Shown here: piece by piece, positions 44,100 to 64,000 of the stretch | How positions within the stretch are numbered: the stretch's first letter is position 1 | How the letters are laid out: each line of letters opens with the position of its first letter | Source: the human T2T-CHM13v2.0 reference genome, Homo sapiens | Assembly: GCF_009914755.1 (NCBI RefSeq) | Contig: NC_060929.1 | DNA: 64,000 nucleotides | Reading direction: 5' to 3' (one strand) | Notes under the pieces: model-generated | Seen by the model: only the letters and a program-made list of their open reading frames with translations | Databases searched by the model: none | Told to the model about the DNA's origin: nothing | Translations under genes and position numbers: made by a program

Positions 44100-44950
44100 A
44101 ATGGTGGCGTCTAGCAAACTGCAAATCAAGCTCCAGCCGGAGTCCGCAGGGCAGGGAGCGCCGGGTGCGGCCCAGTCCCCGCGCCCAGCGCGTTGGCGCG
44201 CACACCCCGTTTCTGCAGACTCAGGTTTTCTGGCCCCGCCTCTTTCGGGCCCAGCTGATCTCCACCGCCCGTTAGGCCCGAAACCCAGGCGCCTGGAGCC
44301 CTGCGCCCTCTGCTTCCGGCCCCCGGCACGCCCAGGGCGCGGGAGCGGCCGGGTCAGCCCGCAGACCTGAGTCCGGCCCGCAGCCTCGGGGCCCCGCGGG
44401 CGCAGCGGGGCGGGAGGCGGGGCGGCCCGGCCGTGGGCGGAGCGGCGGCCGCGGCCGTGAGCCTGCCCCCAACTCGCCCTCAGCCGGCTGGCCGGCGCGG
44501 CCATGGAGGTCTACATCCCGTCCTTTCGCTATGAAGAGAGCGACCTGGAGCGGGGATACACGGTAGGCGCGGGCCGCGGGCGGACAGGGCCCCGCGAGCC
44601 AGGCCTGCGGCTGCTGCGCCCAGGAAACACCCTTGGCCGCCGCCGCCTTGGCGCAGGGGGTCCCCTCGTTTTCTCTCCCCTCCCCCGGCCCAGAGGAAGG
44701 GCTGCGCCCTTGGCGCGGTTGTCAAGGAAACGGGCGCCCCTCCCGGGCACGGCGGCTGCGGGCGCCCCTAGCCCCTCGGGGTCCAACCCTCTCCTCCCGG
44801 ACGAGCTGCAGTCCTCGGACGCGGCACTAGCCATTCTCCCCGCCGCCCGCCTTCGGGAGCCCAGGATGGGCTGCGTTCCTTTCTGGCACAGCTGCCCCCT
44901 CAGTCCAGACAGTAGTAGCTTCGCGGCAGATTCACGCTGGCTTCCAAGTT
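44100..44950. promoter_or_regulatory. SNX24: CpG-island promoter of SNX24
   Basis: Abrupt rise in GC and CpG; GC boxes (GGGGCGGG, 44407-44425), ETS-like CTTCCGG (~44313), E2F-like TTGGCGC (~44193); canonical G4 pattern at 44398..44422. Confidence 0.9.
44503..44562 (+). CDS. SNX24: SNX24 first coding exon: MEVYIPSFRYEESDLERGYT (PX-only sorting nexin)
   Basis: Strong Kozak gcggccATGG, ACG|gtaggc donor, 60 nt, phase 0; peptide recognised as the SNX24 N-terminus; no further exon found in the window. Confidence 0.93.
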
Positions 44951-46361
44951 CTGTACAATTCGTTCAGCTGGAAAACCTGTTTTTTTTTTTTAAATCATAA
45001 TTTGCAGCTGTTTATTAGCCAAACTAAACACGTGTATTGATTTTAGATGATTTCCAAAGATTTTTCTTTTTGAGTTGTGCAGTTCCATGAAATGGCAAAA
45101 TTACTTGCTGAGCACCTGTTTCATACCTAGGACTGTGGTCACCGAGAAATGTGAAACAGGACCCCTGCTCTCAAGAGTGAAGGGGAGGGCAGAGACCAGG
45201 GCATGGGCCCTTTGAGCAACACGTTTACTAAGTGAATTGTTGGTGGAGATTTCCCAATGAATTCAAAACATTCTTTCCTGGACAGTCATTGCTAGTGGGA
45301 GAAATGTCTGAGTGTGTGTACACCTTGGAAGAATTTACTTCCAGTTGTTAAAGAACCTGTAGGGTTGAAGAAAGATTGCAGGGCAGTCTGAAAGATTTGT
45401 TATTTTATTTACATCAATCACACACTTGCTAAACACCAATTACATTACTTTGATGGAGAATATTTTAACCCCTCTCCCCTCCTCTAAATATTACTGGTAT
45501 TTGGTGACAGTCTGTTTGGGCCATTGTGTTTTCTTAGTTGGGACTAAATTACCCTCTCAAAGGAAGATTTAGAATGAAAAACAGTGATTGAAAAAATAGT
45601 CCAGGAAGTCGGTGGGTTTTTAGAATTGAGTAGACTGCTGGATCCAAGTGTTCTGAAACAAGTTGTTAAAGTGCTTTCCTTGGGAAGGAAAATGCAGGGA
45701 GAGGGAGCTGTGTTCCATAGTGGTAGTTATTTATATAAATAATCCTTTCCAGTGCATTCACATTTCGTTAAATAGTCTGTATCTTCCTTAAAAACAAACA
45801 AACAAACCCTCGAGTTTGTTCAAGGCTTTTTTTTTTTTTTCTTGGAGATTTTATCCAAGTCTCTTAAGCCTAAAACCTTGCTTGTTGTTGCTTCTCCCAG
45901 GTATCTCACTTCTCCCATCAGCACTATCAACAGTCATGGAGGGCTTACCATCTTTGGGACATTCATTTAGGATCTGAAGATAAAAAGGCTGCTTGTTAGA
46001 GGCGTTGGCTTTCAAAGAAAAGATGAAGTTGATCTTACCGGTTCAAGCTAAAAGTTAATTACCTGCAGAAATAAGCACTTTGAAATAGACCATAATTAAG
46101 GCTCATTGCCCATTGTTGATTTTCTTCTATTAGACGAGCTGTGTTTTTCTCCCAAAGCTTTATGTATCTTTTTATTATTTGTATTTATGACCAGGCATGT
46201 GCCACACTCCAGGTTGTGAATTAAACTGATGTGGAAGGAGCTCTTTTTTGGACAAATTCGGGAGAGTTTGAAGATTGCTTATGTGATGAGAGTTTGCTCT
46301 TTAAATATTTGCTTAAAAAAAATCCTAACTCATCCAGATTGGGAGCTAAACTGTTAAAATC

Positions 46362-47604
<1,243 letters not shown>

Positions 47605-48992
47605 TTAAAACACATTACATCACATTCTAACAAATTCAGTAATAGGAAGTTTAAGGTAGAAATGGGTGGTTTCTCCTCTTTGCTTCTAGTCTCATTCCCC
47701 CAGAAGTAAAGTTTCTGGGTGTATCTTAGAATTTTTTCCTTGTGCTGTGAGCACATACTTTTTTTTCTTTTAAAAAAATAAATGGCAAGATTTTAGTATA
47801 GCTGTCATCTTACAATTTATAGACATCTTTCAATATTGATATGGAGAGGTCTGCCTCCTCTTTCTAACTACTGGAGATGGGCTCTACCACGGTAGGATGT
47901 GCCGTAATTTTTTCCCCAGGTATCTGCTGATGGCCAAGAAATCCTTGGACATGATTTTTTATGCCCACTACTAGGATTTCTGTAGAACCTTAACTAGAAG
48001 TGGTATTTCCAGCCCTTTACAGTTTTTACAGATATTGCACGATTGTTATTCAAGAAGTTTATACAAATTTATTCTCAGTGTACTAAGTAATTTACCTTTA
48101 AAGAATGAATTTTTGCCCTTTAAACATGTAAAGCTTTATTTACTGTGGGCCTGTACTGTGTTGGTGGCGATTTAAAGATGGAAGGGTGGTGTTCCTGCCC
48201 TTAGGGATTCTCAGCCCATATAGAAGCTGCTCAGAGCTAGGCCGGGAAAGGTTAGGGTGACCCAATGTCAGCTGGAGCCTTGTATCCAGGGGCCTGAGGG
48301 AGGGAGAGGTCAGTTTGGCCTGGCAGGGTGGCTGTGCTGAGGTGGGGGTGCTTAGGAAATGCTGACTTTGAAATCTAATTAGGTTTTTGCTAGGATTGTG
48401 AATTTTAGAAAGAGGAAATACAGGACAAAATCTTATAAGCCATTTTAAAACTCAGATATGCCCCCAAAAAAGGGGGGGGGAGGGGCACCTCTAAATAAGT
48501 TTGTGAAGAAGTAGGAGATGGTAGTGTAAGAAAATGCAGATGCACCCAAATGTTACTTCCTGGGGAGATTATTCTGTCCCATTCCCTACCCAATGGCTAA
48601 CTTATTTAATATCCTCTGCTATAAACTCCCCAAGTATCCCCAAGCTATAAACTCCTTGAGGCTAGGTAGTGTCCATCTCCACTGTTGTATCCTAATACAG
48701 AATTCAGTACATGTCTGTTGAATGAATAATGAGTGATGTAATCTTCATAGGAGGAGAGAAACCAGAAGAGCAGTGATCTTGAGGTGTGTAGCAGCTCAGA
48801 GAGTTAGGTGGAGGGTTGTGCTGCAGACTGGAATTTCAGGATTGTGCGAAGTGATTGCAGTAAGAATAGTGGGGAGAGATCAGCTGACTCCCCTTGAGAG
48901 CTATAAGGGAGTGTGGACCTTCAGACAGGGAAGTCATAGGAGAATTTTAAGGAAGGAAGTAACATGATTAGCTTTGCATTTAGAAAGATGAC

Positions 48993-49333
48993 TATCTTAG
49001 TTCAGGCTACTTTAACAAAATACAATCAACTGGGTAGTTTATAAACCACAGAAATTTATTTCTCACAGTTCTGGAGGCTGGGAAGTCCAAGATCAAGGTG
49101 CTAGCAGATTCAGTGTCTAGCGAGGGTCCATTTCCAGGTTTGTAGGTGATCCCTGCTTGTTGTGTAGAAGTGGCAAAGATCTCACTGGGACCTATTTTAT
49201 AAGGTTACTAATCCCAGTTATGAGGGCTCTGCCCATGACCTCATCACTTCCCAGAGGCCTTACCATCTAATACCAATACATTGGGTTTAGAATTTCAGCA
49301 TGAGAATTTGGGGGAGACAGTCAGACTGTAGCG
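48993..49333 (-). mobile_element. MaLR solo LTR (MLT1A-like)
   Basis: cagaaatttatttctcacagttctggaggctgggaagtccaagatcaagg; 5-bp TSD-like atgac/atgat. Confidence 0.8.
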
Positions 49334-49991
49334 ATGATTCTGGAGTATTCATCATTTAAGAGACACTTAAAAATGATCAGAAAGGAGAGGATGAAGGCTA
49401 GAACTAAGACTTTAGCGTTGAACATGGAAAGGAAGTGATGACTGCAGATATCTCCAGTACCTGGTGACCAGATGTACAGCAGCAGTGTGACTACCGTGGG
49501 TGCAGGTACCAGTAAGCAAATAAGAACTGAAGCAGGGCAGATATTTCATTTGGGCACCCACTGAGTTTTTGGTGATGGGTATAGCTATTTGATTTTGGAG
49601 TCTAGGGTGGATTTAAGTCTGGCTTAGAAATATGGCTCTAAGGGGACATTCAGCATAAAAGTTAAAAAAAAAAAAAAAACCCACAGAGAAAGAGTGAGGA
49701 AAGAGGGAGGGCCAAGGGTAAAACCTTAGAACTTGAATAAGCAAAGAAGTCCCAGCACAGAAGCCAGAGGGAGAAAGAAACCAAGGAGTGTGAGGCTGGA
49801 AGAGAGAGGGTGGAAGATGCTTTACAAGAAAGAAAGTGCCAGATGCTCCTGAGTGGTCTTGCAAGTTGAGGATGGACAGCAGTCCATTCTAAGAACTGAG
49901 AATAATAGGTCTTGGATGCCACTGTAGGCTTGTAGTTTGAATTTTAAGATACATTGTTGACAAAAATAACAAAACTAGAATTACTACTTAG

Positions 49992-53418
<3,427 letters not shown>

Positions 53419-53618
53419 TTATGTAAAAAAAAAATCTTATGGCTTATCCTTCCATTGAAAAAAATATAAACACATACTAATATATTTGTGTCTCCACTCC
53501 TTTTCTTAAACAGTGGTATACTAAAACATTTTATTTCAACTTGCTTTTTTTACTTAATGATATATCCTGGAGATCACTGCACAGGGACATATATGAAGAT
53601 GTATCATTCTCTTCTGTA

Positions 53619-57308
<3,690 letters not shown>

Positions 57309-57737
57309 TATCTGAATTGTTCTCCATTGTTTGTCTTCAATCAATAGCCTGTGTGCATGTCTTTTTGTATTTTTGTCAATGAGTCTTTAGAATAAATTTC
57401 TAGCAGTGGTTACTGGACCAAAAATTACATGCATGTTTAATGTTAGCTGATGTCGTCAAATTCCCATCCATAGGGACTGTGGTATTATGCATTACTGTAG
57501 CAGTTTATGAGTGTATATCCTCCCTCACAAGCTTGCCAACTGAGTGTTCTCAGGCTCTTGGATTTGTGCCAATCTGATAGGTGAACAATAGTATCACAAT
57601 GTAATTCTTAATGTCATTCATGATTTTATGACTTATGAATGAAGTTGAACATCTTTTTATATGGTTAAAAATCATTTTCATTTCTTTCTGTGAGTAAGTT
57701 TATAAAACTGTATTTATTATTTTAAATGTCTCACTAT

Positions 57738-58480
57738 TTCAGTAGCTGGGAATACAGGTGCCCACCACCACGCCTGGCCAATTATTGTATTTTTGGTACA
57801 GATAGGGTTTCACCATGTTGCCCAGGCTAGTCTCAAACTCTTGGACTTAAGCTATCCACCTGCCTCGGCCTCCCAAAATGCTAGAATTACAGGTGTGAGC
57901 AACCAGGACCAGCCTGACCTTGTCTGTTTTAATGCCATTGATTTCTAGGTATCATGCCTGGATATTGTAATCATTTGCCTGGATATTGTAATCATTGGCA
58001 CTTGAATAAATGAATGAATGAGACCTGCTTATCTTAGTCTTTCCTTAAGAGATTTAGGGAAAGGAAAAAGTTAATGGCTCATGCCTTCAGTCTCGGGTAC
58101 TCAGGAGGCCAAAGCAGACTTGAGCCCAGGAGTTGGAGACCAGACTGCACAACATATGGAGATCCTGTTCCCCCAACAAAATAAATTTGTCTGGGTGTGG
58201 TAGCTCATGCCCGTGATCCCAGCACTTTGGAAGGCCAAGGTGGGAAGATCCCTTGAGCCCAGGGATTTGAGGAGTAGCCTGGGCAACATAGTGAGAACTC
58301 ACCGTACAAATAATTTAAAAAATTAGCTGGGCATAGTGGTATGTACCTATGGTCCCTACTTGAGAGGCTGAGGTGGGAGGATTGCTTGACCCCAGGAGGT
58401 TAAGGCTACAGTGAGCCATGATCAATCTACTGCACCCTAGCCTGGGTGGCAGAGCAAGACACTATCTCAAATAATAAATA
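57738..58480. mobile_element. 3'-deleted antisense Alu (57738..57915) and a sense monomer + AluJ (58073..58480)
   Basis: Alu consensus matches. Confidence 0.85.
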
Positions 58481-58488
58481 ATAATAAT

Positions 58489-59216
58489 TGTCGATGAAAA
58501 GAGTTGAACTCTGTAAAATATTTGAGGATATTTATTCTGAACCAAATATGAGTGACCATGGCCCGTGACACAGCCATCAGGAAGTCTTGAGAACATGTGT
58601 CCAAGGTGGTCAGGGTGCAGCTTGGCTTTATACATTTCAGAGTGGCATGAGACATCAAATACATTTAAGAAATACATTGGTTTGTCCAGAAAGGTGAAAC
58701 AACTCAAAGCCAAAAGCTTCTAGGCAATAAGTGAATTTAAATATTTTCTGGTTGACAGTTGGTTGAGTTTGCCTAAAAACCTGGGATAGATAAAAAGGGA
58801 ATGTTCAGGTTAAGATAAAGATTGTAGAGACCAAAGTTCTTTTGAAGTCTAATAGTGGCTGCCCTTAGAGACAATAGGTGACAAATGTTTCCTATTCAGA
58901 TCTTAGTTAATCTCTTTAGGATTGGGAGGGTCTGGAAGAAAAAGATCTTCTAGCTGTGTTAATACAGATTCTTTACAGATGCAAAGTTTTCCCCACAAAG
59001 AACAGCTTTGCAGGGCCATCAAAACATGGCAAAGAAACGTGTTTCAGGGTAAAATATTTTGATGTTCTTCTTTCTCTCCTAATGTTATGCCAGAGTCAGG
59101 TTGGAAAGTAAATCATGATATACAGGGTTAAATAAAACCCATCTGTGGGCATGACTCCCAGACCGCTTAGATAGGAATTTGGGCAAGATAAAAAAAAAAT
59201 CAGAGTTTAGTCCTCA
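58489..59216 (-). mobile_element. ERV1 solo LTR, MER4 group (MER4E-like)
   Basis: TG...CA termini, 4-bp TSD taat on both sides; minus-strand start tgaggactaaactctga. Confidence 0.85.
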
Positions 59217-59440
59217 TAATTAACATAAGACATAGACTGACCATTGATGTGCTTTATGTGTGTAAGTTCCCCAAAGTTCCTGGCTCATGGTCCTAGCTCA
59301 TAGGCTGTGTTTGTTATTTTTGGGCCACTCTAAACATTGAAAGAAGTCTTACTCTATCTTTTATTCCATTTGTAGAATCAGATTAGCCCTGTAGGAGATG
59401 AAGGGGCACTAACAGTGAGAGGTGCATACCACATTTCTAA

Positions 59441-60258
<818 letters not shown>

Positions 60259-61201
60259 TTAGCTAGCACTGTAACTGAGTCTTCAAAAGGTCATTCCATC
60301 ATTCTACCAAGCCAGCTGTTTCAGGATGATGGGGAATATGGTAAGCAGTGAATTTCATGAGTACGGGACCATTGCCTCACTTCATTTGCTATTTCATTTG
60401 ATTTGGGAAAACTCTCAGAGGATTTTTTTTTTAACCTTCCTGGAAACTTTAGAAGGAGCAGAAAACCTTCCACAAAGCTAAAAGCCCTCTCAGATCCCAT
60501 GTAATTTGCTGGTTAAATTCTGATTATTAGATTGGGTATATTTGAAACGCCCAATATGGTGTCCCTTTTCAGTTGCTTTTTTTTTTCTTTTTTGAGGAGA
60601 GTGAGTTGGTATTTGAAATATGCTAGTCCCCTCTTCTCATTGATTTTATAATTCTCATTCTAAGGAAGAGCCAGTAGGTGAATTGAATCTCACCAGCTGC
60701 CTTTTCTTAGTAGGGATTGTTTTATAAACTGTAAGCTTCTCTCTTTACACCCTCACCCTTTTCTCTATTTCTTGCTAATGGAAATTCATCTGATTATTGA
60801 GGTTACATAGACAGGTAGAGCAAAAATTCATTTTTGTGGTTACTTATTCTGTGTCCCCCATTCCCAGTGGTTGCATTGGTGTTGCGGGGCAGGGGCCGCT
60901 GACATGAAAGCTCACTCTGGAAGGCTGAGTGGAAGTTTGCCAGTTTGAGAAAGGGAGGGAAATCATTTTAGGCTCAGGGAATTGTATGGAGAAGGGTAAG
61001 AAGTGTGGATAGTTGGTAAGGAGGGACACGTACTGGGGTTGGAGCTTAAAGAATTAGGTTGAGTGGTTACAGTGGGACTGAAGATCCCCAGCTAAAAGTA
61101 TGGTCTGGAAGCAGCCATGAGTAGGGAGTGGTTTTTTGTTTGGTTTTGTTAAGGGGAGAGAAACATCAGGGGTACAAGTGACAAAAGAAAAAAAAGAAAG
61201 A

Positions 61202-61523
<322 letters not shown>

Positions 61524-61839
61524 TTAAAGAAACCCAATGTAAAACAAGGCATGTTTTTTTTTTTTAATTCAATAGGCAAAATGGAAGAGATTGATAAAAA
61601 CCAGTCCTTTTGAGGATGGAGGTGAGAGGAGACAGGTTCTCTAACACACTATTGGTGAGACTGAAAGTTGGAAGCTCTATTTTGGAGGTCAATTTGGCAG
61701 TATATATTAGATAAGATATTTATATACCCTTTGAAACAACCTTCCCACTTTTTAGTCTGTATCCATAAATTCATAAAGATATACATATAAAGTTCATTGT
61801 AGCATTGTTTACAATGTCAAGAGAAAATGAAAACAAGTC

Positions 61840-62380
61840 ATCTACTTATTTAGCAAATATTTATCTACCTATTAAGTGGCAGGCATACTAATCTCCCTCT
61901 GGGGATACAGTAATGAACAAAACAATCAAAATTCTCTACCTTCAAGGAGCTTGCATTCTAGTTGGGGGAGAGTAAGAGTAAACATGATAATTAAATTAAA
62001 TATAGTATCTTAGATAGTTGTAAGCACTATGGAGAAAAAGAAAGGAAGAGAGGTAAAGAGTGCTGGGGGATCATCAGAGAATCCTTCCCTGGGAAGGCAA
62101 CATTGGAACCGGGACCTGAAGGAGGTGAGGGGGTGAGTCATGAGGTTATCCAAGGGAAATGTCTTTTAGGCAGAAGGAGCAGTATGTGCAAAGGACATGA
62201 AGTGGAAGTGTGCATAGTGTGTTTTAGGAATAGAAAGGATCCAGTGGGTTTGGAATGCAGTAGGAAAATAGAGAGTGATAAGAGATAAGGTCATATATAG
62301 TGTGGTGGGGGAAATAATGGGAGATGGAATGGTGGGGTGGGAGGGCAGAGTATAGGTCTGGTAGGCAGTGATAAGGACGT
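61840..62380 (-). mobile_element. L2 LINE remnant (further pieces at ~62850-63250, 63945-64000 and ~1000-2080)
   Basis: agcaaatatttatc...ggggatacagtaatgaacaaaaca...aaggagcttgcattctag. Confidence 0.55.
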
Positions 62381-62384
62381 TGGC

Positions 62385-62722
62385 TTTTCTTTTTTCTTTT
62401 TTTTTTTTGAGGTGGGAGGAGACAAGGTCTTACTTTGTGGCCCAAGCTGGAGTGCAGTGGTGCAATCATGACTTGCTGCAGCCTTAATGCTCCAGGCTGA
62501 AGTGATCCTCCAGCAGGATCACTTGATGCTCAGGAGGCACAGCCTCCCAAGCAGCTAGGACCATGGACGCATGCTATCACACCTGGCTAATTTTTTATTT
62601 TTTGTAGAGGTGGGGTCTCACTGTGTTGCCAAGGCTGGTCTCAAAGCCCTAGGCTAAAGGGATCATCCCACCTTGGCCTCCCAAAGTTTTGGGATTACAG
62701 GCATGAGGCACCGTACCTAGCC
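62385..62722 (-). mobile_element. AluJ-like with an internal inverted insertion
   Basis: Antisense dimer; hairpin insert at 62500..62540. Confidence 0.88.
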
Positions 62723-63250
62723 CATGTTGGCTTTTACTTTGGGAAGTAGGAGGCAGAGGAGCGACGTGATTCAGTGGCTCTGTTCCCAGCCCATGTTGGC
62801 TTTTACTTTGGGAAGTAGGAGGCAGAGGAGCGACATGATTCAGTATTTATTGATCACCAATCATGTGCCAGGAACTGTTCTAGATGCCAAGGACACAGTA
62901 GCAAAAAATGTAAATGAAAATCCCTCCCTTTGTGGAACTTACCTATTGGTTACATGAGTCATGTCTTAAAAGAATTACTCCCATTTTAGTGTGGAGAATA
63001 AACTATAAGGAAGAGTGCTGCAGTTAGGAAGCTCAGTTAGGAAGCTACTATAGTATCCCAAGTAAAAGATGATGATGGCTTAGAACAACATGTTAGTTCT
63101 GTAGAAGGAAGTGTTGGAAGATGGTTGGATTCCTGATAGCTCTTGGTGATTGAGGCCATAGGATCCACTGATGGATTAGATTTGGGGCATGAGAAAAAGT
63201 GACGAACAAGGGTGACTCCCAAGGTTTTTAGCCTGAAAAAAGGGAAGAAT

Positions 63251-63944
63251 TGTAACCGCCCAATGGGTTCACCTTTCCTGCTGCCTAGGCTGAGCCGATT
63301 TATCAAGACAGGGGAACCGCAACAGAGAAAGAGTAATTCACAAGAGCCTGCTGTGCAGGAAACTAGAGTTTTATTATTACTCAAATCAATCTCCCCAAAC
63401 ATTCAGTGATGAGTTTTAAGGACAATTTAGTGGGTGGGGAGACGTCAGTGAGCCAGGAGTGCTGATTGGTCATGTCAGAGACGAAGTCATAGGGAGTCAA
63501 AGCTGTTTTCTTGCACTGAGTCAGTTCCTGGGTGGGGGCCACAAGATCAGATGAGCCAGTTTATCGATGTGGGTGGTGCCAGCTGATCTATCAAGTGCGG
63601 GGTCTGCAAAATATCTTAAGCACTGATCTTAGGAGCAGCTTAGGGAGGGCAGAATCTTGCAGCCTCCAGCTGCATGACTCCTAAACCATAATTTCTAATC
63701 TTGTGGCTAATTTCTTAGTCCTACAAAGGCAGTATAGTCCCCAGGAAAGAAGGAGGTTTGCTTTGGGAAAGGGCTGTTATCGTCTTTGTTTTAAACTATA
63801 AACTGTAGACTAAGTTCCTCCCAAGGTTAGGTCAGCCTGCACTCAGGAATGAACAAGGACAGCTTGGAGGTTGGAAGCAAGATGGAGTCAGTTAAGTTAG
63901 ATCTCTTTCACTGTCTCAGCCATACTTTTGCAAAGGCAGTTTCA
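63251..63944 (-). mobile_element. ERV1 solo LTR, LTR8-like, inserted into an L2 remnant
   Basis: TG...CA termini, 4-bp TSD gaat; minus-strand start tgaaactgcctttgcaaa...gagacagtgaaagagatctaac. Confidence 0.87.
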
Positions 63945-64000
63945 GAATGATGGCATTGTTTACTAAGGAGAAGACTGTGGGTAGAGCAGGTTCTGAAGTA

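Noticed and set aside
44073-44834. Several overlapping ORFs on both strands
   Set aside because: Expected in GC-rich DNA; no recognisable domain
44503-45000. 165-aa ORF from the SNX24 ATG reading through the donor
   Set aside because: A good donor (ACG|gtaggc) follows codon 20; the rest is low-complexity G/R/P/A sequence from a stop-poor CpG island
49360-49515. Possible alternative SNX24 exon ending CAG|gtacca
   Set aside because: Weak donor, no convincing acceptor or open frame, embedded in L2/MaLR remnants

Overview
Hominid genomic DNA, very probably human: it is AT-rich, Alu-dense and carries an SVA retroposon. The + strand carries the last 12 coding exons of sorting nexin 2 (SNX2, PX + BAR domains; 686..28511). 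I spliced these by hand to 1170 nt = 389 codons + TAG, with one GC-AG intron. They are followed by the SNX2 3'UTR, an Alu/L1-rich intergenic stretch, a CpG-island promoter and the first coding exon of SNX24 (44503..44562), whose intron 1 fills the rest of the window. Exon numbers (4-15) come from my recollection of the gene model. Almost all ORFs in the supplied track are Alu, L1, Tigger or GC-island artefacts. I cannot support a genuinely new biological system from this sequence alone. The best leads are: (i) a fold-back inverted duplication of an Alu plus unique flank, with perfect 33-bp outer arms (40652..41125); (ii) a GC-AG intron with a perfect TACTAAC branch point after a frame-neutral exon; (iii) phase compatibility for an in-frame SNX2-SNX24 read-through chimera; (iv) a sense SVA poly(A) signal in intron 7, where the exon 7 donor reads straight into a stop; (v) several templated-insertion scars. 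Repeat family names were recognised from memory of consensus sequences, not from a search, and repeat boundaries are approximate.
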